DNA of 64,000 nucleotides from a virus (Duplodnaviria; Heunggongvirae; Uroviricota; Caudoviricetes). The stretch spans positions 238,446-302,445 of the IMG/VR virus record IMGVR_UViG_3300028833_000055; one strand, given 5' to 3'. Below are positions 28,206 to 37,720 of this stretch, one piece after another; position 1 is the first letter of the stretch, and every line of letters starts with the position of its first letter. The translations under genes were made by a program, and so were the position numbers. The notes under the pieces were generated by a model, which had not been told where the DNA came from, searched no databases, and saw nothing but the letters and a program-made list of their open reading frames with translations.

Positions 28206-29162
28206 ATGAGAATATTGATAACAGGATGTTGTGGTTTTATAGGATACCACTTGACATTAAAACTTTTGAAAGAGAACTATGATGTTGTCGGAATAGACAA
28301 TATGAATAACTATTATGATGTGTCGATGAAAAACCGAAGACTCGACCATTTATCTGAATATGGAAATTTTGTTTTTCATTTCGATGACATTTCACATTAT
28401 GGTTCAATTTCTTGTATATTTGAAAAAAACGATTTCGACATTGTTGTGAACCTCGCCGCCCAAGCCGGTGTTCGTTACAGTATAGAGAATCCATCGGTTT
28501 ATATACAAAGTAACTTGGTTGGATTTTCGAATATTTTGGAGTGTTGCCGGAATTATAATGTTAATAGATTGATTTACGCTTCATCATCAAGTGTGTACGG
28601 AAACAGTGATGATGTTCCGTTCAAAGAAAGTGCAAGAACTGACAGTCCGGTCAGTCTGTATGCCGCTACAAAGAAATCAAACGAAGTGTTGGCGGAATCA
28701 TATTCCACACTTTATGGAATACAATGTACGGGATTAAGGTTTTTCACAGTATATGGACCGGAGGGGAGACCGGATATGGCACCGTTTTTATTTACAAAGG
28801 CGATAGACGAAGGAAAACCAATCACAGTCTTCAATAACGGGAATATGCTGAGGGACTTTACTTATGTGGATGATATTGTAAACGGTATAGTCAAAATCAT
28901 TGAAAAGAAACTTGATTATAAACACGAGATATATAATATCGGCTGCTCTCATCCAGTTAAGCTGATGGATTTCATCAACGAGATTGAAAGGTGTCTCGGA
29001 AAAAAAGCGGAAATTGTTTTCAAGGAGATGCAGAAAGGTGATGTGGTAAAAACATATGCCGATACTACTAAACTTGAAAGAGACTTCGGATACAAACCAT
29101 CAACAAAATTGAGTGATGGTATAGAAAAATTTATAAAATGGTGGAAAGAGTATGGACAATAA
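28206..29162 (+). CDS. UDP-glucuronate 4-epimerase-like SDR enzyme
   Basis: ILITGCCGFIG, NLAAQAGVRYS, YASSSSVYG, YAATK, LRFFTVYGPEGRPDMA. Confidence 0.9.
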   Translation: MRILITGCCGFIGYHLTLKLLKENYDVVGIDNMNNYYDVSMKNRRLDHLSEYGNFVFHFDDISHYGSISCIFEKNDFDIVVNLAAQAGVRYSIENPSVYIQSNLVGFSNILECCRNYNVNRLIYASSSSVYGNSDDVPFKESARTDSPVSLYAATKKSNEVLAESYSTLYGIQCTGLRFFTVYGPEGRPDMAPFLFTKAIDEGKPITVFNNGNMLRDFTYVDDIVNGIVKIIEKKLDYKHEIYNIGCSHPVKLMDFINEIERCLGKKAEIVFKEMQKGDVVKTYADTTKLERDFGYKPSTKLSDGIEKFIKWWKEYGQ

Positions 29163-29949
29163 GATTGTAGTAAGTATGACGAGTTATCCGAAAAGGATAA
29201 ACAATGTAAGTAAGTCGATATTTCTTCTTTTGGAAAAACAAACGGTGAAACCGGATGAAATACATCTGTGGCTGAGTGTTGAGGAGTTTCCAAATAAAGA
29301 GAAGGATTTACCAAATGATTTGAATATAATTATTGATGGGAGTGAAAAAGTTTATCTTCATTGGTTGGAGAAAAATACATATGTACACAAGAGACACGAA
29401 ATATTCAAATTTATAGAAAATGCTTATGTGTTTCTTATCGACGATGATGTCAGATATGCAGACGACTTGATTGAAACGGTGATTAAGAAAGCAAAACAAT
29501 ATCCGAATACGATTGTGTGTTATAATAGATATGACCAACACAGATATTCCGGAAAGCGTATATTGTATGGTAATCCCATTTTAAAAAACTCACCACCAAC
29601 GGTGAACAAATATAGATGGTGTGGGCAGAGTATGATACCATCAAATATATATCCGAAAGAATGTTTGACGGATGAAAACCAAAATATAAGAAACAACACT
29701 TCACCCGTAAGTGACGAATGTTGGTTTCAACCTTGGATTGTCAAGAATGATATTCCAATTGTATATTGCAGTTACGGGTGGGGTGAGGACATTGACCCGA
29801 ACAATGGAAAGAACAAAGGTTTGGTTGCTTGGTCGCACCAAAAGGATGAGAACGGATACGAGAGAAGAGACATTTGGTTGAACAATGTACTCAAAGCATA
29901 TCCGGAAATAATGGAGAAATATATAAGATTGTTTAATTATGGAAAATAA
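29152..29949 (+). CDS. GT-A glycosyltransferase (paralogue 1)
   Basis: VVSMTSYPKRI...LIDDDVRY. Confidence 0.75.
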   Translation: MDNKIVVSMTSYPKRINNVSKSIFLLLEKQTVKPDEIHLWLSVEEFPNKEKDLPNDLNIIIDGSEKVYLHWLEKNTYVHKRHEIFKFIENAYVFLIDDDVRYADDLIETVIKKAKQYPNTIVCYNRYDQHRYSGKRILYGNPILKNSPPTVNKYRWCGQSMIPSNIYPKECLTDENQNIRNNTSPVSDECWFQPWIVKNDIPIVYCSYGWGEDIDPNNGKNKGLVAWSHQKDENGYERRDIWLNNVLKAYPEIMEKYIRLFNYGK

Positions 29950-30784
29950 GGAATGGATTGAATTTTGTGAAAAACAAATTCCAGAACTAAAAAACATCTA
30001 TAAAAAACAAACGGGAAAATATTTGGATTTATCAAATTGTAAAACTCTTACAGAGAAAATCCAATGGTTGAAAATCTATGATAGTAATCCATTGAAAATA
30101 AAATGCAGTGACAAAATACTTGTGAGGGAGTATTGTAAATCAAAATTGGGTGTTGATTTATTTATACCCATTATTGGTGTTTGGAATAGTTTTGATGAAA
30201 TTGATTTCAAGAAACTTCCAAACGATTATGTGTTGAAAACAAATCACGGTTCTCATACAAACATAATAGTTAAAAACAATAACATCAACAAAACAATTAC
30301 TAAAAAGAAATTCAATGAGTGGTTGTCTAAGGATTGGAGTTGGTGGGGTAAAGAGATGGCATATTATCCAATAAAAAGAAAGATATTTGCAGAACAATTT
30401 GTAAAGGATAAAAACAAAGGTGAGTTGACGGATTACAAATTCTTGTGTTTTAATGGAGAACCGAAATATTGCCAAGTCATAAGTAACAGAGGTGAAAAAT
30501 CATTCCATCTCAATTACTATGATATGGACTTTAAGTTTGTAGATATATCTAGAACAGATGTTCAAAACGATAAAAACTCAATAGATTCTGTACCGAAATC
30601 ATTTGAAAAAATGAAAGAATATGCAAGGATACTTGCACAAGATTTCAATTTTGTTCGTGTTGATTTCTATGAGATAAACGACAAACCATACTTGAGTGAA
30701 TTGACATTTTTTCCAGCAGCTGGTTTTCAACAATATAAAAATCCAGAAACCGATTTGTTACTAGGTAATATGTTAAAACTATGA
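29939..30784 (+). CDS. TupA-like ATP-grasp protein
   Basis: EKIQWLK, DKILVREY, LPNDYVLKTNHGS, DYKFLCFNGEP, FVRVDFY, SELTFFP. Confidence 0.85.
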   Translation: MENKEWIEFCEKQIPELKNIYKKQTGKYLDLSNCKTLTEKIQWLKIYDSNPLKIKCSDKILVREYCKSKLGVDLFIPIIGVWNSFDEIDFKKLPNDYVLKTNHGSHTNIIVKNNNINKTITKKKFNEWLSKDWSWWGKEMAYYPIKRKIFAEQFVKDKNKGELTDYKFLCFNGEPKYCQVISNRGEKSFHLNYYDMDFKFVDISRTDVQNDKNSIDSVPKSFEKMKEYARILAQDFNFVRVDFYEINDKPYLSELTFFPAAGFQQYKNPETDLLLGNMLKL

Positions 30785-31432
30785 TACTTTTGTATTATTA
30801 TTGTTATAACTTATTTCACTATATTGTTTTCCATCATCGTTATTTTTAAACAACTCTTTATATTTAGTAAAAATATTAAATGCTAATTCTACATTGTTTT
30901 TTACTAAATTTGTTATATATATTTTTGTGTAATCGTTTTCATATTTTTTAAGATATTCATAATCTGACATCATATTCACAATAACAATCAAAGGATATTT
31001 TTGTATATTTTGATTGATTATGTATTCCATTTGAATATGCTTGGGTTTATCAATATCCCAACTACTACCTGAAATAAAAATTGGTTTATCGTTTAATTGT
31101 AAGCGGGAATTATATTTTTCAATTATATAATTTCTTATATCACAATAATAAACATTATTATTTTTCTTTAAAACTTCTTTTTGTTCTTTATCTTCAACAT
31201 AATGTTCATAAAAAACACGAACATTATTGTCTATAATGAGATAATATTTTTCCTTTTCATTGTGTTTTTTTAATATAAAATTATTAAAATTTATATTTCT
31301 ATAGTTTTTTATTAAGAAACCAAATGAAACATAATCTATTATGTTCCAACAGAATGGGTTTATATATGGTTGTTTCAATATATCAAATGTTATATTTGAT
31401 GAAACACAAGAATTACCTATTATATTAAACAT
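30779..31432 (-). CDS. Polysaccharide-associated protein (DUF1919-like)
   Basis: IIGNSC...INPF N-terminus; very low GC; inside the glycosylation cluster. Confidence 0.4.
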   Translation of the reverse strand: MFNIIGNSCVSSNITFDILKQPYINPFCWNIIDYVSFGFLIKNYRNINFNNFILKKHNEKEKYYLIIDNNVRVFYEHYVEDKEQKEVLKKNNNVYYCDIRNYIIEKYNSRLQLNDKPIFISGSSWDIDKPKHIQMEYIINQNIQKYPLIVIVNMMSDYEYLKKYENDYTKIYITNLVKNNVELAFNIFTKYKELFKNNDDGKQYSEISYNNNNTKVS

Positions 31433-31438
31433 ATTAAA

Positions 31439-32131
31439 TCAAATTTTTATATTTTTAGAAATAAATTCAAATTCTTTTTGTCTACATACCTTACTTTTTT
31501 TCTTAATTTCATTATGTAGTGGTTGTTCTTCGTCATGAAATGCATATATGTTTCTCCAATTTTCTTTAACGATAATCGCTTTATATAGTTTCATCTTTTC
31601 TTTTAAAGATGTATAGTAGTCATCATCTTGATTGGTATATTCTAAAATTTTATTTGTTAAACACTTTAATCCATATTCCTTAAAAACATATGGTGGATAT
31701 AAAGTCGCCGCTCCACCAGTGTGATAAACACCACTTTTTTTCTTTTCTCCCCACATGGATACAAAACAGTCCTTATTTTTTACCCACACGTCATAAAACT
31801 CTTGTGCATAATTTTTCAAATATATACAATCATCATCTGCACTTATAACAGGGACATCACGGTATTTGTCCATAGTGAACAACACTTTCTTAAACGCTTT
31901 GTAATTTTTATATACCCAAAGGATTTCAATCAAATCATTGTCAGCAAATAATATCAGTTCTTCAGGAAGTTCTTTTTCTTTCTTTGGAAATTCTTCTTCA
32001 CTCAAGACCAATACGATATGAAAACCCGGACACATTTTTATCAGACTATATAAAGTTTTACCGACAGTTTTTATTCTTGCCTTCCAACTTGTGAGACTGA
32101 TTACCGCTTTTTCTCCATTATATTGTTTCAT
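31439..32131 (-). CDS. GT-A glycosyltransferase (paralogue 2)
   Basis: VISLTSWKARI...ISADDDCIY. Confidence 0.75.
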   Translation of the reverse strand: MKQYNGEKAVISLTSWKARIKTVGKTLYSLIKMCPGFHIVLVLSEEEFPKKEKELPEELILFADNDLIEILWVYKNYKAFKKVLFTMDKYRDVPVISADDDCIYLKNYAQEFYDVWVKNKDCFVSMWGEKKKSGVYHTGGAATLYPPYVFKEYGLKCLTNKILEYTNQDDDYYTSLKEKMKLYKAIIVKENWRNIYAFHDEEQPLHNEIKKKSKVCRQKEFEFISKNIKI

Positions 32132-32136
32132 TGTTG

Positions 32137-33363
32137 TTATATTTTTCTTCCGTATATTATAATGCCATCATATTTGATGTCTTTGATTTTCTTAAATTCT
32201 TTCCATTCCGTTATCAACAATGTCGCTTTGGTTTCATCCATACAGTCTTCAATACCATTGCAATATTCAACAACATCTCCTATTCTTCTTTTACATTCGT
32301 TCATTGCAATGGGGTCGTATACCTTCACTTTACAACCGTCTTTCAATAATAAATCAATAACAACCAACGATGGTGCTTCTCTCATATCATCAGTCTCCGG
32401 TTTAAATGAAAGACCGAGTATTCCGATGACTTTACCTTTCAAGTCACCGAGTTCTTTTTTTAATTTCAGATACGGTGTTGTCTTTTGGTATTCGTTTACG
32501 GATTCAACGGATTTTATTACTTTCATTTCATATCCGTTTTGTTCTCCGAGTTTAATCAACGCCTTGACATCTTTTGGAAAACAACTTCCACCATATCCAC
32601 AACCGGGATTGAGGAACTTGTTTCCAATTCTGCTGTCGCTTCCCATACCGAGTTTTACAGATTCAACATTTGCACCAACAAGTTCACAAAGATTTGATAT
32701 GTCATTCATAAAAGATATTCTTGTCGCCAACATACTGTTTGATGCATATTTTGTCATTTCGGCACTTGGGGTGTCCATAACAATAACATTATCGAAATCT
32801 TTATATAATTCCAACATAATGTCGGTACTTCTGTTATCGTTTGAACCGATAACAACTCTGTCCGGATTCATAAAATCATTTACAGCGTCACCTTCCTTTA
32901 AAAATTCGGGATTGCTGACAACGGAGAACTCTATATCAAGTCCTCTTTTGCTTAATTCGGTTTCTATTGCAGACCTTACCATTTCGGCCGTACCAACAGG
33001 AACAGTTGATTTTGTAGCAAATATTGTATATTTATCTATCATCTTACCGAACATACTTGCAACAGATAACACATATTTCAAATCTGCACTACCATCCTCA
33101 TTAGGTGGTGTACCAACAGCACAGAAAACAATATCACTATCTTTTATACTATCAAATTCTGTTGAGAAATGCAATCTGCAATTCTTTTTGTTTTTTGATA
33201 TAAGTTCTGAGAGACCATTTTCATAAATTGGTATGATACCGTTATTGAGATTGTTTATTTTTTCTTCAAGAATGTCTATACAAGTCACATCATTACCCAT
33301 TTCCGAAAAACAAGTTCCAGAAACAAGACCAACATATCCGGTACCGATTATTGAAATTTTCAT
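32137..33363 (-). CDS. ugd: UDP-glucose 6-dehydrogenase
   Basis: IIGTGYVGL, SNPEFLKEG, KYASN, GYGGSCFPKD, GLSFKPETDDMRE. Confidence 0.93.
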   Translation of the reverse strand: MKISIIGTGYVGLVSGTCFSEMGNDVTCIDILEEKINNLNNGIIPIYENGLSELISKNKKNCRLHFSTEFDSIKDSDIVFCAVGTPPNEDGSADLKYVLSVASMFGKMIDKYTIFATKSTVPVGTAEMVRSAIETELSKRGLDIEFSVVSNPEFLKEGDAVNDFMNPDRVVIGSNDNRSTDIMLELYKDFDNVIVMDTPSAEMTKYASNSMLATRISFMNDISNLCELVGANVESVKLGMGSDSRIGNKFLNPGCGYGGSCFPKDVKALIKLGEQNGYEMKVIKSVESVNEYQKTTPYLKLKKELGDLKGKVIGILGLSFKPETDDMREAPSLVVIDLLLKDGCKVKVYDPIAMNECKRRIGDVVEYCNGIEDCMDETKATLLITEWKEFKKIKDIKYDGIIIYGRKI

Positions 33364-33364
33364 A

Positions 33365-34108
33365 TTATTTGTTTTTATTGTTTTGATAATATCCGAATGA
33401 CTGTTTTATATCTTTCCCCGTTTTCCTTCTAAAAACCCCGTTGACAACTTCGTCATATCGTTTTCCTATTAGATGTACACGATTGTCTTTCATCGAGTAT
33501 CTGTCTTTTATTTCGAATTTATCCAATAATTCCCGTATGGACCATTTGCTACATCCTTTGTTCAAATATCCATTCAACCACATAAGTGTCAAATATGTCC
33601 TGTCATCGTTATATGTGTGTATAACAACATCATCAACGAATTTTTCCCAGTTGTTCAACATCTTTTTCTTAAACAACGACATCGCTTGCATTGGACACAT
33701 TTTTCCGTCGAATCCTATTGACACCTTTGGATTTGATGTAATTGAATATTTACATTCATTTTTCTTAAAATCATTAATCCTGCTTTCTATCAAATCCTTC
33801 GGAAACAATATATCATCATCTGCATCAATAATCAAATCATCGTCATCCAGATATTTCAGAATTGGAAACACCTTCTTCATTGATTTGGTGTTCTCGCCAT
33901 CTACCCAGTTGATTACAAGTCTCTCGTCATTTTCGAAATACTCGACCAAATCCTTCGGGAGTTTAATTCCTTCAAACTCCGTTCTGCTCAGATTAAGATA
34001 AACACGGTCCGGCTTTACGGTGTTGTCCATAATACTCTCGACAACCCGTTTCACATTTCCAATCCTCTTTGTCCAAGATGTCATTGTTACAACCAGCATA
34101 TTATTCAT
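33365..34108 (-). CDS. GT-A glycosyltransferase (paralogue 3)
   Basis: VVTMTSWTKRI...IDADDDILF; start at 34108 or 34099. Confidence 0.75.
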   Translation of the reverse strand: MNNMLVVTMTSWTKRIGNVKRVVESIMDNTVKPDRVYLNLSRTEFEGIKLPKDLVEYFENDERLVINWVDGENTKSMKKVFPILKYLDDDDLIIDADDDILFPKDLIESRINDFKKNECKYSITSNPKVSIGFDGKMCPMQAMSLFKKKMLNNWEKFVDDVVIHTYNDDRTYLTLMWLNGYLNKGCSKWSIRELLDKFEIKDRYSMKDNRVHLIGKRYDEVVNGVFRRKTGKDIKQSFGYYQNNKNK

Positions 34109-34484
34109 CCTCCTCCTCATCATCGGAGTCACCTTCGTCCGTATAGAAATCCTTGAACGCCTCGTCGAAAGTCCTCTCTATGTTCCTGTATATGGAGTTG
34201 AGTTCTTTCTTCAGTTCGTCCATCCCGCCGTCTTCCACCTCCGGTGTGTATCCACCGTGGTCAACGACAGTCCATTTGGAAAACGGAACATATCCGTTCT
34301 TCTCCACATACTTGTCCCATTGTCCGAGTGCGTCTTCCGGCATATCCGAAACAGTGTCGAACCAGATGTCCTGTTCCCTATACTTCTGACATTCCTCGTC
34401 TGTGAAACCGTGTTTTCTCTTAAATTCTATATAATTATCCATAAGATATTTATGAAAAAAGGTGGTCATAAAGACCACCCTCAA
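34101..34484 (-). CDS. Hypothetical acidic late protein
   Basis: Late box at 34447 implies the true start is downstream of the annotated one (probably MDNYIE). Confidence 0.5.
   Translation of the reverse strand: MRVVFMTTFFHKYLMDNYIEFKRKHGFTDEECQKYREQDIWFDTVSDMPEDALGQWDKYVEKNGYVPFSKWTVVDHGGYTPEVEDGGMDELKKELNSIYRNIERTFDEAFKDFYTDEGDSDDEEEDE
34455..34480 (-). terminator. Terminator after the DUF2828 gene
   Basis: GGTGGTC-ataaa-GACCACC with a T6 run on the minus strand, directly followed by the late box. Confidence 0.7.
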
Positions 34485-34520
34485 AAAACAACTAATATTA
34501 TGGCAGAAATCAGTTATCGT

Positions 34521-36086
34521 TTATCCCTGAACAGAGGAGAGAACCTTGTCTATCGGAGCATATCTCTCGGAGTCAAGGGTTTCCTTGAGTATCAACCACG
34601 GGTCGGTCTTTCCCGACATAACCATCTTGGCTATGTTTACAGAGAAACCGGATACGAGGGCGACACCGAGTTCGTTCTCCTTCACGGGTATGGTGTCGGT
34701 TCTTGAATTGACATTCCAGAACACCAGTCTAGGCATCTTGTAACCTGCCGATTCGTATCTCTCCGAAATGGTGTCGAAAAGGGTCTTCATAGTGGAGAAG
34801 TAATTCCTTTCGTATGCACAAGTCGTAGCGCTGTCGAACTCCATATCGGAGATTATGAGAATCCTTTCGGGCAGGTCCGACTGCTCCATCTGGTTCTTCA
34901 AGGCGGTTTCGAGAAGAAGCATAAACACCTTCTCTATGTCCGTGTTGGAACAGTCGTTGTACTGGTCAACCAAAGCAATCTTGTCTGCAAGAGTGTTGCA
35001 TCCACTGATGTCTATGAAGTGAGGGTTGCTCGAGAACTCGATGAACTTGTTCTTGAACTCGCCTTCACACCTTTCGGCGAAATATACCGAAAGAGAGCGT
35101 GATACATCGATAGCCCATACTTCGTTTGCACCCTTGATTGAGGTTGCCATAGAACCGGAGCCGTCACATACGACCATAGTGTTTCCACCGCAGTCGATGT
35201 CCTTCAGGTTCATCCACATCGCTTCAAGGGAGTTGTTCATATTCACCTTTCTGTTCCAGTAGTTTACTCCATTGAGGTGGGTATACTTAGCCCATATCTC
35301 ATAAGGATAGAGTACGGATGCGTTCATCTTGGCGCTACCGTCTCCTCTCATCACGGCTTCAAGATACTTTTCGTAACGATATCCGTCGTGCTTTGCAAAT
35401 GCGTCCTTGTAGCGGAGGTTAGCCCTCGACGGAACGGTTTCGTAGTTTATCTTCTCCCACTCGTTTGCACAGGTGAATCTCTCTACGACACCGATGTGCT
35501 TACGAAGTCTTGAAAGCATCTTGCGGTATTCCTTGTTCGAAATTCCAAGGTGTCTCTTCAAGTCCATAGCGAGATGACGGACTGAATCCGAAGCGTTTAT
35601 GGAAGGCATCCACTTTGCAAGAAGGGAAATCGGCTTGTTGGCGGTGCAGTTTTCAATGTCTTCCCTCAACTGCTTCTCCACTACTTCGTAGCACACCTTC
35701 TTCAACTCCGGTATGTTTGCACATTCGATAATGTCGAAGATGTCCTTCCAGCGGCCGTATTCGGCGATGAGCGAAACCATCTTGGTTGCTTCATTCGGAT
35801 GACGCTGCATAAAGCGTACGAAAAATTCCGTGAATGCTCTCTTTTCACCGAGACCTTCCCTTACGTCACGGAGGAAGAACAACCACTTTATAGCATAGGA
35901 CAGATTTCTTTCCATAGCCCTGTCAAACGCCATAAGCGAGTCCGTCGGTACACCTCCACGGAATGAAGGTACCTTGAAGTTAAGGTCAACGAGTTCGTTC
36001 TTTGTGGTAGAATAACCGATTGCACCGTTTTCTGTTTCCTGTAGAGAGTTTATCCTCTCAATCTCATTTCTAAATTCGTCCATCAT
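34521..36086 (-). CDS. DUF2828 protein (TROVE/Ro60-like helical domain plus vWA)
   Basis: TENGA, LFFLRDVR.GLGE, EYGRWKD, LLAKWMPS, CDGSGSM (MIDAS), ISDMEFD, FWNV, LVSGFS. Confidence 0.85.
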   Translation of the reverse strand: MMDEFRNEIERINSLQETENGAIGYSTTKNELVDLNFKVPSFRGGVPTDSLMAFDRAMERNLSYAIKWLFFLRDVREGLGEKRAFTEFFVRFMQRHPNEATKMVSLIAEYGRWKDIFDIIECANIPELKKVCYEVVEKQLREDIENCTANKPISLLAKWMPSINASDSVRHLAMDLKRHLGISNKEYRKMLSRLRKHIGVVERFTCANEWEKINYETVPSRANLRYKDAFAKHDGYRYEKYLEAVMRGDGSAKMNASVLYPYEIWAKYTHLNGVNYWNRKVNMNNSLEAMWMNLKDIDCGGNTMVVCDGSGSMATSIKGANEVWAIDVSRSLSVYFAERCEGEFKNKFIEFSSNPHFIDISGCNTLADKIALVDQYNDCSNTDIEKVFMLLLETALKNQMEQSDLPERILIISDMEFDSATTCAYERNYFSTMKTLFDTISERYESAGYKMPRLVFWNVNSRTDTIPVKENELGVALVSGFSVNIAKMVMSGKTDPWLILKETLDSERYAPIDKVLSSVQG

Positions 36087-36206
36087 AATCTCTTATGTTT
36101 TTACAAGGTTCCGTTCTGGAATATGTTCCGCTGTCGGGAACCTTTAGTTAATAATTAAGTTTCAACTTTACAAAGATACTATTTTGTTTTTAAAAAATAA
36201 CAAAAA

Positions 36207-36656
36207 TTAAAAATTTTTAACTTCCCTTTCCAAGTCCCTTTCCTTTATGGTCTGTTTCTTGTCGTACGTGTGCTTTCCCTTTGCGAGATGTATCCTCATC
36301 TTGGCGATACCCCTTTCGTCTATGAACAGGAACTCGGGTACTATGGTCATCCCATTTTCCCTCACCTTCTTGTCAAGTCTCCTTATCTCCCTTTTCGTCA
36401 GAAGGAGTTTCTTGTCACGCATAGGGTCGTTCTTCTCGTATCCGGACTTGTCGTAGGCGGATATGTGGAGGTTCTTTATGAATACCTCTCCGTTTACGAC
36501 CACGCAGTACGAGTCGTTGAAGCTGATGCAGCCCATCCTTATGGACTTTATCTCACACCCCGTCAGTACTATGCCGGCGGTGAAGTCCTCCACAAATTCG
36601 TAGTTGAACCTCGCCTTGCGGTTTTCGAATTTCTTATGTTCAAATTTTTTTTTCAT
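36207..36656 (-). CDS. smpB: SsrA-binding protein SmpB
   Basis: NRKARFNY, AGIVLTGCEIKSIR, R.KKLLLTKREI, TIVP, LAKGKHTYDKK. Confidence 0.92.
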   Translation of the reverse strand: MKKKFEHKKFENRKARFNYEFVEDFTAGIVLTGCEIKSIRMGCISFNDSYCVVVNGEVFIKNLHISAYDKSGYEKNDPMRDKKLLLTKREIRRLDKKVRENGMTIVPEFLFIDERGIAKMRIHLAKGKHTYDKKQTIKERDLEREVKNF

Positions 36657-37258
36657 CTCTCCTTGTAGTACAATACGGTTGGTGTACCGTCGTGAATATC
36701 AATCTCCTTGCCGTAGATGTCACGGAACTTCTTCTTGTTGAAAGGTCTGGTAATCAAGTGTACTCCGTGAGGTGTGGGGATTGCCGTCACAACCTTCTCG
36801 CAGTCGAAAGGTTCACACTGGTTCAAGGCGTCTATGACATTCTTCATCTCCTCCTCCGAAACCGTGTCTATGTCGATAATCCAAGTCTTGTTTCCGTCAC
36901 ACGAACCGGTCTGTCCACAGGCGGTTTCGAAAACGGTTCTGAATGTGTGCCACTCCTCGTGGGCGACAAGGTGAGCCATCAATTCCAAACCCTTCAAGGA
37001 AACCTGTTTGAAGTTCTTCTTGTTGAGGTTTATGCAAGCACGGGCGTTGAAGAACTCGCACAACGAGATTATCTCCTCACGTCTTTCTTCAAGGTACTCC
37101 ACAGACTTTATGAAGTACGACTTGATAATCCTTACGGCGCTTGACGACCTTCCGTCGTTCTGGTCCTTGCCCCTCTGCATAATCTGGAGCATATAGAACT
37201 CCCCGTTTTCCTTGAAGTCGAGAAGTCCCTTTATCTGTTCAAAGTTGTCTACTGTCAT
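36653..37258 (-). CDS. Conserved phage protein, possible AEP/primase-like fold
   Basis: FYMLQIMQRGKD; WIIDID; IPTPHGVHLIT resemble DxD and GxH catalytic motifs. Confidence 0.4.
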   Translation of the reverse strand: MTVDNFEQIKGLLDFKENGEFYMLQIMQRGKDQNDGRSSSAVRIIKSYFIKSVEYLEERREEIISLCEFFNARACINLNKKNFKQVSLKGLELMAHLVAHEEWHTFRTVFETACGQTGSCDGNKTWIIDIDTVSEEEMKNVIDALNQCEPFDCEKVVTAIPTPHGVHLITRPFNKKKFRDIYGKEIDIHDGTPTVLYYKER

Positions 37259-37306
37259 AATTTTAGTTTTTCACAAAGATACTATTTATTTTTCAATAGT
37301 CGAATA

Positions 37307-37720
37307 TTATTCGTCTCCTTTTTCCATTATCTCGAGCATCTCACGCTCGTATTCTGCACGTTCACGGGCGGCGACCTCCTCATTGTGCGTCTCTTCTTCG
37401 TATTTGTCAACAAAGTCGAGGAAGTCCGGATTCATCTTTACCGTTTCATCCCAGAGGTTCATACCGTTGCGTTCGATAGACCACTTGTCGAGAGCGAGAA
37501 TTGAATCTATCGGATTGCATCCGTTCTCCAAATTGGTGTCGTTCTCCACGGCATATTTGTACTCCCTATATGTCCAAGAGTTCTTGCCGGTCTGCGGTAC
37601 TTGAAGAAAAATGTCATCGTAGGTGTGACCGACTATTCTGATGTCCTTGTCGAGATGAAACAATTCCATCAACTTCGCCTGATATCTCGTTATGTTTTCC
37701 ATACTAACAGTTGTTGACAT
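37307..37720 (-). CDS. Hypothetical protein
   Basis: 137 aa; operon tiling. Confidence 0.55.
   Translation of the reverse strand: MSTTVSMENITRYQAKLMELFHLDKDIRIVGHTYDDIFLQVPQTGKNSWTYREYKYAVENDTNLENGCNPIDSILALDKWSIERNGMNLWDETVKMNPDFLDFVDKYEEETHNEEVAARERAEYEREMLEIMEKGDE

Noticed and set aside
36087-36660. tmRNA gene beside smpB
   Set aside because: No space and no tmRNA 5'/3' terminal motifs were found near smpB or elsewhere by eye.
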